Shown: positions 1 to 15,214 of the stretch, one piece after another
Layout: each line of letters starts with the position of its first letter
Position numbering within the stretch: position 1 is the first letter of the stretch
From: the human T2T-CHM13v2.0 reference genome, Homo sapiens
Strand: one strand, 5' to 3'
Length of the DNA stretch: 64,000 nucleotides
Assembly: GCF_009914755.1 (NCBI RefSeq)
Contig: NC_060925.1
Program-made: the position numbers and the translations under genes
The notes under the pieces: model-generated
What the model was told of the DNA's origin: nothing
What the model saw: the letters and a program-made list of their open reading frames with translations, nothing else
The model's database searches: none

Positions 1-129
1 TACTGTTGCCATCGTGAGAGGTAAAGTCATGATGATTAGATAACTCTGTAAATAAATGACATTAATTTCTACACATAAATTGGGTGAATTTTATAGCACA
101 AAGAATATTGTGAAAAACAGCACAAAAAT

Positions 130-1815
130 CTTCAATGCATGCAAATTTTACAAAACAATTTAAGTGTCCAGAAATCCCAGGGTGAGATGCAGAATGTTAT
201 AAACAAATCTATTAGTAAATGTATTACAAATGTATGAACCAACCTTATTGAAAGGGAAAAGAGAAAAAGATACTGATGTAAGATTTTGGAAATCAATGGA
301 GACTGGAGTAAAGTTTCTTTTCTTACAGGTAAAAAGAACCGTACCTAAGTGCTATACTCTAATTCATACAGTTATTCTCGATTGACATGCAGGTTAACAA
401 TTCTGAAACACAATACAGATATACTGAAATTGGACATTTAAGGAAATGTGTGGCAGATAGTAGGAACCAAGTTTCTCACTGTTGGAGTAGAAGAGAAGCA
501 AGAGAGTGGACCCACTGAAGTGGTCCATGTGGAAATGGAATAGAATTGGATATATCAGTATGCACTCTTCATTTGCTTAATGCAGACACATATGCTGGAT
601 ATAGATTTATAGATATGTAAACATACAAACATATATTGACTTGCTCTTTCAGTTGAGAGGGCATAGAAGTAATGGCACCCTATTAACAATGAGCACAACT
701 AGCACGCAGATCTTTGGGTCTAATATCATTCTCTAATAAAAAAAACTTGGGATGCATGGAGAAATGGTTGAATCTAGAGCTGGGACATGAAATATACAAG
801 ATGAACACAGCATTTTGTTCTATCAAAAAGTAAAAAAGGGTTTAAAGAAAAAAATATCCCAACGATGGGGGAATGACAAAGGGATGCATGAGCTAACTGA
901 AGAACACCCAATGGCAAATTTGGGCAACAATGTGAAATATTATTGGATTACAAACCAAAGTAAAAATAACTATCCATGAGTCAATTTTGATATAAAATGA
1001 TTAAGCAAACACATAAATGAAAAACAGACAAATCTCTCATACAGAAGAATTACAAATATATTTTTAAATAGTTATTTTCTTAAGGAAGAGCCACATAACT
1101 TCACACTCATTAAGTATGTGTTATATACACTGATTTATTCCACAAAGTGCAATATGGAAAGGGAGAGAAAAAAATAAATTTACAGTGGATAAACCTGATA
1201 AACACTAGCTCAAGCCAGGTGGTCAATTAACATTATCAACAGTGATAAGTCATATTTGTGTATGTATCTTTACCACAATGTACTACAAAGACTGGCATGT
1301 TACCTATGTGATCATCCTACCTAAAACACATTACCCCATGTGTAAACTTGAGAAAAACATCACAAAAATTCCAACTGAGGGACATTCTACAAAATATTTA
1401 ACCAATATTTCTCAAACTACCTAGGTCATTAAAAATAAGGAAAGTCTTCTGAGCGTGATGGCTCGCGTCTATACTCCAAGCACTTGGGAAGCAAAGGTGG
1501 GCAGATTGCTTGAGCCCAGGAATACAAGGTCAGCCTTGGCAACATGGTGAAACCTCATCTTCACAAAAAAAAGAGCTGGCATAGTGGCACATGCCAGTGA
1601 TCTCAGCTACTTGGGAGGCTGAGGTGGGAGGATCACTTGTCCCTGGAGGCAAAGGATGCAGTAAGCTGTGATTGTTCCACTGCACTCCAGCTAGGCAACA
1701 GAGGGATACTCTGTCTCAAAATAAAAATAAAGATAAAGTCTGAGAAACTATCAAAACTAACAGGCACATAAGGAGACATAAAACTAATGTAATGTGATAT
1801 CCTAGATGTGATCCT
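130..1815 (+). mobile_element. L1MC3/L1MC4-type LINE-1 3' UTR fragment, interrupted by AluJ
   Basis: Resembles the L1MC 3' UTR (gagcacaactagcacgcagatct..., gagggacattctacaaaata...aggtcatt, aaagtctgagaaact); continues after the Alu. Confidence 0.75.
1448..1731 (+). mobile_element. AluJ
   Basis: Dimeric Alu with J-type gattgcttgagcccagg; A-rich tail; aaagtct on both sides. Confidence 0.93.
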
Positions 1816-2286
1816 GATTACTTTCTTTGAGCATTATGTGTAATTTCTTCTTTGATGAATATGTGCATGGTATTTTACATGTAAAATATTGATGGTATCT
1901 ATTATACTAATTCTGCCATATTTGAGCATAATATTCTATAAGGTACAATAGCCATTACTTGCCCTTTCAAGATTAAGGTCTAAATTAGGTATGCAGTTTT
2001 ATTTTTTAAAATGTTTGTGTTTATCATATTTGAACTCCTTTAATAATTTTATTAAATGGTTCTTTTTTGTACAGACATATCTCAGAGATACTGCAGATTC
2101 AGTTTCAAACTGCTGCAAGACAATGGATATTGAATTAAATCAAGTCATATAAATTTTTTTGTTTCTCAATGCATACAAAAGTCATGTTTACACTACAGCC
2201 TGTTAAGTGTGCAAAAGCATTATGTCTTAAAAATGATATACATACATTTATTGAAAGATACCTCATTGCTAAAAATTGCTAATGAT

Positions 2287-3676
2287 CTGGTACAAAAACA
2301 GACACATAGACCAATGGAACAAAATGGAGAACTCAGAAATAAGACTGCACACCTACAATCATCTGATCTTTGAAAAACCTAAAAAACAAAACAAAACAAA
2401 ACAAAAACCCAGCAATGGGGAAAGGATTCCCTGTTTAATAAATAGTGCTGGGAGAAATGGTTAGCCATATGCAGAAAATTAAAACTGGACCCCTTCCTTA
2501 CACCATATACAAAAACTAACCAAAGATGAATTAAAGACCTAAATGTAAAATCCAAAACTATAAAAACCCTAGAAGAAAATCAAGGCAATACCATTCAGGA
2601 CATAGGCACAGGGGAAGATTTCATGATGAAAATACCAAAAGCAATTGCCACAAAACCAAAACTGGACAAATGGGATCTAATTAAACTAAGGAGCTTCTGC
2701 ACAGCAAAAGAAACTATCATCAGAGTAAACAGACAACCTAGAGAATGGGAGAAAATTTTTACAATCTATTTATCAAAGGTCTAATATCCAGAGTCTACAA
2801 TGAACTTAAACAAGTTTACAAGACAAAAACAAACCCCATTAAAAAGTGGGCAATGGGCACGAACAGACACTTCTCAAAAGAAGACATACATGAGGCGAAC
2901 AAACATGAATAAAAGCACAACATCACTGATTATAAGAGAAATGCAAACCAAAACCATAATGAGATAGCATCTCACACCAGTCAGAATGACTATTATTAAA
3001 AGTAAAAAAACCACTGCTGAGGTTATGGAGAAAAAGGAACACTTTTACACTGTTGGTGGGAGTGTATATTAGTTCAACCATTGTGGAAGACAGTGTGGCA
3101 ATTCCTCAGAACCCTAGAGGCAGAAATACTATTTGACCCAGCAATCTCATTACTGGGTATATACTGAAATGAATGTAAATTATTCTATTATAAAGACACA
3201 TGCATGTCTATATTCATTGCAGCACTATTCACAATAGCAAAGACATAGAGTCACCCCAAATGCCCATCAATGAGAGACTGGATAAAGAAAATGTGGTACA
3301 TATACATCCATGGAATACTCTGCAGCCACAAAAACGAAGAAGATCATGTCCTTTGCAGGGACATGGATAAAGTTGGAAGGCATTATCGTCAGCAAAGTAA
3401 CGCAGGAACAGAAAACCAAACACTGCATGTTCTCACTTATAATTGGGAGCTGAATGATGATAACACATGGACCCATAGAGGGGAACAACAAACACTGGGG
3501 CCTGTTGGTTGGGTCTGGGGAGGGAGAGCATCAGGAAGAATAGCTAATGGATGCCAGGCTTAATGCCTAGGTGATGGGATGATCGGTGCAGTAAACCACT
3601 ATAGCACACATTTACCTATGCAACAAACCTGCTCATCCTGCATATGTACCACTGAACTTAAAAGAAAATATGAAGA
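2287..3676 (+). mobile_element. 5'-truncated L1PA (about L1PA11-13) inserted in Tigger1
   Basis: ORF2 3' end ([21 protein letters not shown]) plus 3' UTR; TSD aaaaattgctaat(g/a)at at 2271-2286 and 3677-3692. Confidence 0.93.
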
Positions 3677-3719
3677 AAAAATTGCTAATAATTGTCAGGG
3701 CCTTCAGAGAGTCATAATC

Positions 3720-4020
<301 letters not shown>

Positions 4021-4422
4021 CAGAGAGTCATAATCGTTTCACTGCTGAGATATCTTACCTTGATGTTGATGGCTGCTGACTAATCAGGGTGGTGATTGCT
4101 GAAGGTTGGGGTAGCTGTGGCAATTTCTTAAAATAAGATAACAAACAGTAAAGTTTACTCATCAACTGACTCTTCCTTTTATGAAAGATTTGTCTGTAAC
4201 ATGTGTTGCTGTTTGATGGCATTTTACCCAAGATAGAACTTCTTTCAAATTAGAATCAATCCTCTCAAAGCCTGCTGCTGTGTTATGAACTAAATTTATG
4301 TAATATTCTAAATTCTTGGTTTTCTTTTCAACAATATTCACAGCATTTTCACCAGGAATAGATTCCATGTGAAGAAACCACTTTCTTTTCTCATCCATAA
4401 GAAGTAACAGCTCATCCACTCA

Positions 4423-4563
<141 letters not shown>

Positions 4564-4602
4564 TCAACTTCTTTCAAAGTCCTGTTAATGTGGATATTTT
4601 TA

Positions 4603-5030
<428 letters not shown>

Positions 5031-7889
5031 TCTTAAATCAAAATACTCAAAGGTCAAAATTAGTCCTTGATCCACTGGCTGCAGAATGAACATTTAGTTG
5101 GCAGGTATGAAAATAACATTGATCTTCTTGGACATCTCCATCAGAGCTCTTGGATGACCAGAAGCATTGTTAATAAGTAGTAATATTTTGAAATGAATCT
5201 TTTTTACTGAGCAGTATGTCTCAATAGTGGGCTTAAAATATTCAGGAAACCATGCTGTAAACAGATGTACTTTAATCCATGTTTTATTGTTCCATTTATA
5301 GTGTCCACACAGAGGTTGAATTAACATAATTCATAAGGGCCATAGGATTTTTGTAAATTAGGCAAATAAGCATTCAATTTAAAGTCACCAGCTGCCTAAG
5401 TCTTCAAGAAGAGAGTCATCTTGTCCTTTGAAGCTAGGCATTGATTTCTCCTTTCTAGCTATGTAAGTCCTAGAAGGCATCTTCTTCCAGTAGATGGCTT
5501 TCTTGTGTTGCTTATTGTAGGCAGCTTCATCAGTGATATAGGCTAGATCTGGATAAATTGCTGCAGCTTCTACACCAGTACTTCCTGTTTCAGCTTACAC
5601 TTTTATGTTATGAAGACAGCCTCTAACCTTAAACCTCATGAGCCAACCTCTGCTAGTTTCAGACTTTTCTTCTGCAGCTTCCTCACCTCTCTCAGTTGAC
5701 ACAGAATGAAAGAGAGTTACAGCCTTACTCTGGATTAGGTTTAGGTTTACAGGAATGTTGTGGCTGGTTTGATCTTCTATCCAAACCACGAAAACTTTTT
5801 CCATATCAACAATAGGCTGTTTTCCTTTCTTATTCATGTGTTCACTGGAGTAGCACTTTTAATTTCCTTTAGTAACTATTTTTTTTTCCAGTAACCACTT
5901 GGTTAACTGTTTGGCACAAGAGGACTAGCTTTTGGCCTATCTCAGCTTTCAGCATTTATGCCTTTTTCACTAAGCTTAATCATTTCTAGCTTTTGATTTA
6001 AAGTGAGAGACATGTAATTATATGTAATTCTTCCTTTAATGTGAACAGTTATAGGCTATTGTATGATCATTAATTGGACTAATTTCAATATTGTTTTGTC
6101 TTAGGGAATAGGGAGGCCCTAGGAGAGGGAGAAAGACAGGCGAACCATTGGTCTAGTGGAGAAGTCAGAACACAATACAAATTTATCCATCAAGTTTGCC
6201 ATCTTATATGGGCCTGGTTCATGGTACCCCCAAAACAGTTACAGTAGTAACATTAAAGATCACTGATTATAGATTACTATAACAAACCTAACAATAACTT
6301 AAAATTTTGGAATATTGTGAGAATTACCAAAATGTGACACAGACATGAAGTGAGGGAGCACATGCTGTTGGAAAAAGTGACACAGATAAACTTGCTTACT
6401 ATAGAATTGTCACAAATCTTCAGTTTGTAAGAAAATGCAATATCTGTGCAGCACAATAAAGGGAGGCATGCCACCATATATTCTCTTGTGTATGAGTTTA
6501 TTGAAACAAAGCATGTGATGTATTCCTCTTAAGTCTTATAATTTCTATAGTTTACGTTAAAATGGGTCTTATATAACAGCCTAATAGACTAATTTTTCAG
6601 TATTATCTACCATGACTATAAAAAGAGCTATTTAGTCTTTAGCTAATATTTAGAATAGATATATAACTAGCTTTATAAGCCTTTTTTTCCCTGAAATATG
6701 TTGAATAAAGTAAACCCTGTATTTTACTTTTCTTAAATTTCTACATTTATTTAAATAAAAATGTTACCTAGCCAAGTACAACACCAGTTTGGTAAAGCTG
6801 AATTCCAGCAAAACATGAGCCAGTTCCACACATACAAATGAATGTGGCCTGGTAGATGCTAAGCTTTATTTTTCTCTTAACTACTAATTAAAGCAGTGTC
6901 TGTAAAACAAAACCTAAACTATGTGTTGGAAAAACTGAAGATTTCAACTCTATTGTTTTAGGAACAAATATGCTCAAAATACCTTATTCCATTCTTAACA
7001 AGCATGAAGAATCTGGTCTCCAGACTGGCCTACATCACAAATTTATTTGCAAATATGAGATTCCTCCTGCTCTCTTTATGTACCATGCTAAATACAAAAT
7101 AAGGTCTAATTTCTCTTTTTAGACTACAATCCACTTGAGGGCAAAGACCTCTTAAATTTCCTGGGACCCACAATCTGCACTTTTGTAATAATTGGAAACT
7201 ACAATAAAAATCTCTTCTTGAGTTGCTGTGGTCATTTTCTAAATGGCCCCAGTTGTAGTCAAGACAACCTAATCAGATAGCTGGTGACCAAGTATTTTCA
7301 ACCTTCTTCCAAAAAACAATTTGACCCAAGGCTATTCGATATAGTCTTTACACGGGAGAAGTCACAACACCAAAGACTTATGTTGTCACCCACAGTGAGG
7401 CTGAGGTTCGTTCTTTTCTAATTATTAATAGTTCTAATCAACCAATATTTCTCCAGACTTATTGAAATGCCCAAAAAGAATTTAAAAAATAAATTTGTAA
7501 ATTAAGTCTTCAAAAATATTTTACAATTATTCATTATCAGGACTAACAAGACGGTAGGAGGAGTCAGTAAAAATAACCAGCACTGATAGTTCCTAGGTAC
7601 ATAACATTAAAAAGTCCATGTGCATATTTTTGCCTGGCTGTTCCTTATAAATATTTTTAACAAGAATCTAACCCACTTTTAGTGCCTGCTAATTGTGAAA
7701 TTATTAAATGATATGTTTGATATCGCTTATCAAATAAAGGCATTGAAACAATGTAAATTCATCTTATCTTTGTGTTGATGGTTAGCTAGAACTGCATCAT
7801 TCTTTCTTCCCCCCCAAAATGAATTTGTCATGTGTGTGGAGAAGCAATATGATATTGCATACTACATGAAAAACAATTGTCTGTGTAAT

Positions 7890-8030
7890 AGGAGATGTGG
7901 ACTCTTGCCATTTCTTTTTTACTGTCATTTGTGAGTTACTTAACCTTTAGGCTTCTCAATTTATCTATATTTAAAATAAAGGTGCTGTGATAAATGACTT
8001 CTAAGATGTGTATCAATTCTGAAGTTCTGG
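7890..8030 (+). mobile_element. MIR/MIR3 fragment
   Basis: gagttacttaaccttt..ctcaatttatctatatttaaaataaagg..tctaag..ttctgaagttct core-like sequence. Confidence 0.5.
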
Positions 8031-9286
8031 ACAACCATATGGAAAGATCATAGTAAACAGATTTTCTAATTAAGATAAAAGAATTCCTGAAGAAAGGAAA
8101 ATGTCACCAAAAGCAAAATAAAAAATTACTGTATTTTTACAGGTAAACAATATTGTAAGGAAAAAAATCAATAAATAGAAAAGAATCAACCAGCATCTAT
8201 TTTTGTTTTCATCTAAGATAAATATGAAGAAAATTGAATTTATTGAACTAAATAAAGAGCTTTCAACTCTATTATTTTATTTGAAATTTTTATTATTAAA
8301 GCTGTATTTTTTCTGGGATAGTGTGTTATATACAGTTAAGAAGATTCTAGTTTCCCTAGACAGGACTATAAGATCTTGGAGGACAGGTGCATATTTTCTT
8401 TTTTCTCTTTTATCATTTGAGTCACTTTTATGGAATAAGGCCACTGTCAATCTGTTTCTTTCCATTCACTCTGAATTGCTGGCACAAGCATGAAGCTTCT
8501 CTGTAATACTCCCAAATTTTAAACTGGTATAAAAAACTCCCTGCACAGAAACATCTGGTATAAACACTTGTGGGGCAGATTGGAGATTGTCTGGGACACC
8601 TCCCTGTCTTATCTGCCTCCTGTATCTATCACTTGTTTTCTGGATCACTTTGTGGGTTCCTTGGAGATCTCCAATCACTGAGGTCTTGTACCAACGGCTC
8701 CCTTGATGAGTGCAAAAACCTAGCTACTGGATAGTTTCTTATGATACATATCCTCATTGTCCGTATCTTTCTGTTGTGGTCTCTCCTCTTCCTTTTAGAC
8801 AAGCATCTGATAATGGGTCTAAGACAACCCCTGCAGACTCCTTGTTGTAAGAGCCTACATCTGGAGCAGAGGAAACATTCAGCTTTAGTTTAATCTCAGT
8901 GAGAGTGCAGTTACCTTCTACCTGCATCCTCTGCTATGCTGCCACAAGCTGCTTCAGTCAAACTTTGCTGTTTTGATTTCTTACATGTAAATCAGACACC
9001 TGTAAGTCTCTATGTCCCCCAGGCTGTAAGGGGAACTTACCAAGTTGTACTTGTATTGTTCTTAATGTCTTTCTCATTTGACTTGTAAGTGGGAAAGCAA
9101 TCCATTTCCATTCGTGAGGACCCATATTACCTTGGCAGTCTTTCCAACTCCCTACTTTCTAACTGAATTATTAACATTCTCTTATATAAACACTGACCTT
9201 TCCAAAGCTGATTTTTAGTAACTTCCCTTGTAATTAGTACTTGATTGTATTGTGGCTCTCTCTCTCAATGAAGGGAAGAAGGTGTA

Positions 9287-9629
9287 CAGTCATCCCTTGG
9301 TATCAGCAGGGGCATTTGCTCCAGGAACCTTCCCCTCCACCAGAGATACCAAAATCTTTAGATGCTCAGGTCCATGATATAAAATGGCACTGTATTGGTA
9401 TGTAACCTACACACATCCTCCCATACACTTAAATCATCTCTTGATTACTTATAATACCTAATGCAAAGAAAATCCAATGTAAACAGTTGTTATACTATAT
9501 TTTTATTTCTATTTTTATTGTTGTTGTTATTTTTTAGTTTTTTATTTAACTATTTATTTTTTGAATATTTTTGATCAACGGTTGTTTGAATCTGTGGATG
9601 TGAAACCCATGGATACAGAGGGCCAACTG
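9287..9629 (+). mobile_element. MER2B (TcMar-Tigger MITE)
   Basis: TIRs cagtcatcccttggtatc / gatacagagggccaactg, TA at 9285, MER2-type interior. Confidence 0.88.
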
Positions 9630-9694
9630 AATATAGAGTATAAATATAAGAAGACAAATTTGTGCTATTGTGCTGGGGGCCCTACTGTTCACCA

Positions 9695-9810
9695 GCACTG
9701 TGACCATGATCAAGTTATTTAAACTTTCTGCATCTCAGTTTCTCCACCTGTAAAATACACTAAATAATACCATAAATCTCATGGAGTTATGAGAATTAAA
9801 TTAATTATGT
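9695..9810 (+). mobile_element. MIR fragment
   Basis: ctgtgacc..aagttatttaa..tctcagtttctccacctgtaaaat core. Confidence 0.7.
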
Positions 9811-10289
9811 ACACATTCTTACACGCAACTCTATACACGTCAGCATATATACCTGCCCAGTATGTATACACACTTACATATATTCTGTACTGTGTTTATG
9901 TATATATGTATATATGTATTCATGTTCACTAATAATATACTATATATAATTATTAGTATACAGTATATACAGACTTGTCACTTATTTTATCACTTATTTT
10001 ATTCTCAGTCTATGTATGCCTTAACATTGAGACAAAATTCCCATTTTAAGGTGCAAAAGTGCATAAATAACAAAGTAAGGTATAATAAATACATTTATAT
10101 ATAAAGTATAAGAAAAATTTATAAGTAAACTATGTATGTTGTGTATGTATATTTCACAAAAATGTCTGAAATGCATATGAACACCAATTTTTGGGCTAAA
10201 AATCGTCTTTTTGTCTAACAAAATAGAGTTCATAAGTTCCACTAAAAAGTGGTTGTCATTATTTTAATAATATTAATACTACACATATA

Positions 10290-10520
10290 TTGCAGTTAGT
10301 GTTCAAAATGTGTTCATTACCTGATTTGATTTATATCATCTAATTTGAAGCAAAAAGCATTTCACACTGCATTATTACACTTTTATTCATTTTTACATGT
10401 AAAGAAGCTGAAATTAAGAAACATTGTGAAACTTAGATAAGGTGACCAGCAAAAAAGATGAGGGAGCTAAAAATAAAACAATGCTCCAGCGAGTCCTTAT
10501 TGAGTGATCTTTATATTACT
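10290..10520 (-). mobile_element. MIR fragment
   Basis: cattttta catgtaaagaagctga..aaggtgac antisense core. Confidence 0.55.
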
Positions 10521-11802
10521 CGACAGTGCTTTGGTACAAGAGCTGGTCAGTTTATTAGCTGTGATTGCATAGCATTTGTGAAATCTTTATAAGATATATA
10601 ATTAGTATGTTGAACATGCAACTTGTAAGATAAGCTCAAATCACAATTCTGTTTTATCTCTAATACCCATTTAAAATTCATTAAGTTTGGCTAATCTTTC
10701 CTGCCCCTGGGTGGAAAATTGTTTTAGATTTTATTACTTTCCAGCCTACTCTTAGGTAGTAAGTAGTTTATGACTCCTTAAGTCACAAAACACTATCTCA
10801 ATTCAATAATTATAATATATACAATCAAAATTATTAATCAATGTTTCAATGGCCATTCAAATTATGACTTCTTCCCAAAGCCAAGGCCTATAGTTGCCTT
10901 CCTCAACACAATGAGAATGGTTGGTTTTCATCTACGCTTTTCCTTTACATGTCTACCTCCTCCTTCACTGAGTAGCTGTTTTCTCAGAACACTCCAGGGT
11001 CAAAGTAAGCAGGAATGGTAAGAGAATGAAATGTTGTTGTCCTTGCTGATTGTGCCATATTCTCTGTGCCTGACATGAGGATCAAAGCTTATTCTCTTAT
11101 GAGATGCTTTTGTGGATTGGATTTGGAAGTTTCCATAGCTGCGGCATTTCAGTCTCCTGGCTGGATGCTTCCAATTCAGCCCCAAAAAGGTTTCAGTGAG
11201 ACCATCCAGGAGCTTTATATGTGTTTCCTGATATTGGAGGGTCTTGAAACTTGGAGTCAGACACTTGCCTAGTCTATTTAAAGGGTGAGAAAAGGAGAAA
11301 AGGGCTGACTATCTGCTTGGTGTAGAGCCAGGAGTATTGCTGCTGCTTTCAGACTGATATGGTCTGAAATTCAGGTCTATTTTAAGAGACAGTATAATAA
11401 TGAGATCTTCGCAAAGTACTTAGAATATCCATTTCTTTTTCTCTTATTTTCTATTTTTTTTCATTGGTTCATGTAGGATCAGAATGAAGGATGTTGGCTT
11501 TGACAGCATCACTGGTGAGAATTGCTAGAATTTAGGTATAAATAGAAAATGCCCTGGTTACAGTTAAAGATTGAAGTGACTGCATTGCCCACATTTACAA
11601 CTAACTCTGATATGTGCCCGCTGAAGCAACAAGAGCAAGAAGAATCCAGATAGTAGCTTGCAGCAAACTGTAAACTGCCAAGGCTTTGGGGTACCATTAA
11701 ATGTCCAGAAGTCTCAATGTGAGTTCAAATGAGGTTGTAGGAAAGCAGAGATAAATGATTCAATAAAACTAGCTTTGTTAGATTAACTGGCAGGAGACTT
11801 AG

Positions 11803-12166
<364 letters not shown>

Positions 12167-12387
12167 AGATATTTTCTTTTGAATTTTATTCTTTGTAATA
12201 AGTATAGAAGGTATGACTTTCAGTTTCTAAAACTTAAGTGTGAAAAATTACTAACTGTATTTTATTATAAATATACTTAATTTATACTATATGCTCCCAT
12301 TTTGCTGGGGAGTAGAAATAAACTTGGTCAATTTAGAGTAATCTCAATCATTTCAGTTACTAGTCTTCCTTACAAACACTGCAAGTA

Positions 12388-12751
12388 AGTCATGCACCTC
12401 ATAACAAGTAAGTCATGCACCTTGTAACAATGCTTCATTCAGCAATGAACACATATATGTAGTCCTATAATATTATAATATTGTATTCTTACTGTACCTT
12501 TTCTATATTTAGATGTGTTTAGATACACTAATACTTACCACTGTGTTACAGTTGCCCAAGTGTTCAGTACAGTAACATGTTGTGCAGTTTTGTAGCCTAG
12601 GATCAATAGGTTATACCATATAGCATAGGTCTATAGTAGGCTATACCATCTAGGTTTGTGTAATACACTATATGATGTTTGCACAATGATGAAATTGCCA
12701 AATTATGCATATCCCAGAATGAAACCCCATTTTTGAGCAATACATGATGTG
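12388..12751 (+). mobile_element. Tigger3a (MER7A) MITE with duplicated left end
   Basis: agtcatgcacc..actgtaccttttctat..gtagcctagg..catga(t)gtg then TA. Confidence 0.88.
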
Positions 12752-13459
12752 TATAAGAGGGTATTATCACACAATTAGCAGGTTATATATGGTTCTCTGC
12801 AATCACTTCACACTAACTTCCAATGTGTCGTACATATTTTCTCCTGGTCCCTGTCATTGACCTATGCAGATTTCAGCTGTATCATCCTCCTCTTTAAAAT
12901 AATTTCTCCGCCAGTCTCTTAGTTCTTTGTGCCATGTCCATGCTACCCTCAGCTCACCGGGAAAACATTCTGCTGCTCTGTAGGCTTTATTAAGAGCCTA
13001 CAGGGACAAGAGATTCTGAGAAGCCATCTTAGGTCTATTATCTCAGACCTCACCGATCTCTACTCTTTTGTTCTCCATACATGGGGAGGGGACATGGCTG
13101 GAGACAGGGGAAGAGAAGGACAGTATAAAGCTTGACAAGTCTGTAAGCTCCACTAGGGAAACTAGTTGTCTTAATTCTAGAACCTCAAGCTTATGTATTT
13201 GTTGTATTGTTAATCATCAAACACAACCCAGGCATTGGGAAAACAAAGTATTTAAGAGCCCTTTTCAAATAACATATCGACATCTAAATACCCTTCTTCT
13301 GTTTCTTGTCCTCTCTCCAACCCAGGAAATTTTTCTTGGTGGATTTGAAAAAACTGGCTTTGATTGATAATAAGTTTAAGTATTAGAAAGTGACTTTTTC
13401 CTTCTATCATTTATTGTGTATACGTGTGTGTTTCCAATTATTTACATCTTTGCTTTTGA

Positions 13460-13705
<246 letters not shown>

Positions 13706-15165
13706 TAGGACATAAGCTCAGAAAACCCTGCTTCCTTCCTGCTAGAACTCGGGTTAGTACTAGTGGATATTGGGGGTAGGGTAAAGAATACCATGTAGTA
13801 ACCAAAAGAGGAAAAATGTATCAAAATGTTATACTGCTACAAAAAGATTAGGTAATTGTGTTTCTTAGAGAAGGCCTATATAATTCAATAATAGTTTCAT
13901 AAATAGATTTGTATTTGCCTTTAAGGAAAAAATAAGTGTTTTCTGAGTCTTCAGTAATATACATCTAAAATCAGTCTTCAAGTTAGGACTAAGCTAAATA
14001 CTGGGTGCAACAACATTCTTGGAACAATTATCAGGATCGTTGGAAAGACTAAAAAAGGAATGATATAGTCACTTGCAGGAAGGTGTGTCTAATAAGCTTT
14101 GCCTATTTTATTAATAATAAATATCACAATTGGAACATTCTTTGGTTTTTTCATACATGAAACAGAGTACTAAAACCCACAGTGTACCTTAATCACAGAG
14201 AGATCTGATCAAATAAAAGTTTCAAAAATAGCTGTGAATTTATTCTCAAAAGTTTAAGCTATGAAATACACCTGAGATTAACTGTAATTACAATAATCAA
14301 TATGCTCAAATTCTTTCAAATTGGATATAGTCTATGTTTTTATAAAGAATTCCCTAAATTATCTTAGTATTTTAAATCTTTAAATCACTGAATTAAAATA
14401 TAATTAGACCAAACTCAAATATATTAGAAGAGATGCAAGGTAAAATTATCATATTAGGTTGTATATGATATTTATTATATATGCGTGAGTTTTGTGTATC
14501 TATTTGGTATTTTAATCTTGCATCTCTTTCAAAATTATTATATATATATTTATATATGTATTTATATATTCACACACATATACATTAGTAGATGTTTATT
14601 TTATAGATTCTAATATCATGCCCTAATTAAACTTCTGTATTGCTCTTCTAGAACATGTAATATGAAGTAAAACTCAATTTCAGTGGTTCTGTACTCTGCT
14701 CTTTAGAAAATCTAGAAAAAAGAGTTGCAATGTAAGTCGAAGACAGAACATTGAAATTGATTCATATTTCACAGGGATCTGCAGAACTGTGGGTCTAGAT
14801 TGCAGCTCTTAGCCACTAGCCAGCTTTGCCTGTATTTCCATGATAGGCTCTGTCTTCACTTTTTAAAATACTAACAGGCTTCTTGTGGGTGGGATCAAAT
14901 GACTGCCCCTCTCCCTTCACCTGTGAAATTTCAGAGCCTATTTGAAAAGGGCCATTGTTTCCCAGGAATGCCAGTCCTAGTCCAGGAAAGAAAGTCTTCA
15001 TTTCAACAGGAATTTGGAGCCTGCCTGAGAAGGGCCAGCCAGTTACTTGGTGAAAACTGTGGCAATTCATTCAAGTTCTGAACAGTTACTATCCTGGCCT
15101 TACTTGCTTACTTTCAACTCTTAAGCTTTATGACTAATATGTTTTTTCCCTTAAATTATAAATGG

Positions 15166-15214
15166 GTGTGTGTGTGTGCGCGCGTGTGTGTTTGTGTGTG
15201 TGTGTGTGTGTGCG
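15166..15214. repeat. (TG)n/(CG)n alternating purine-pyrimidine microsatellite
   Basis: gtgtgtgtgtgtgcgcgcgtgtgtg..tgtgtgcg read directly. Confidence 0.95.

Noticed and set aside
8203-9150. More GC-balanced stretch with overlapping short ORFs and a weak integrase-like IWEYY..CLCQQ motif
   Set aside because: No collinear domain motifs and stops in all frames; cannot assign to a gene or element
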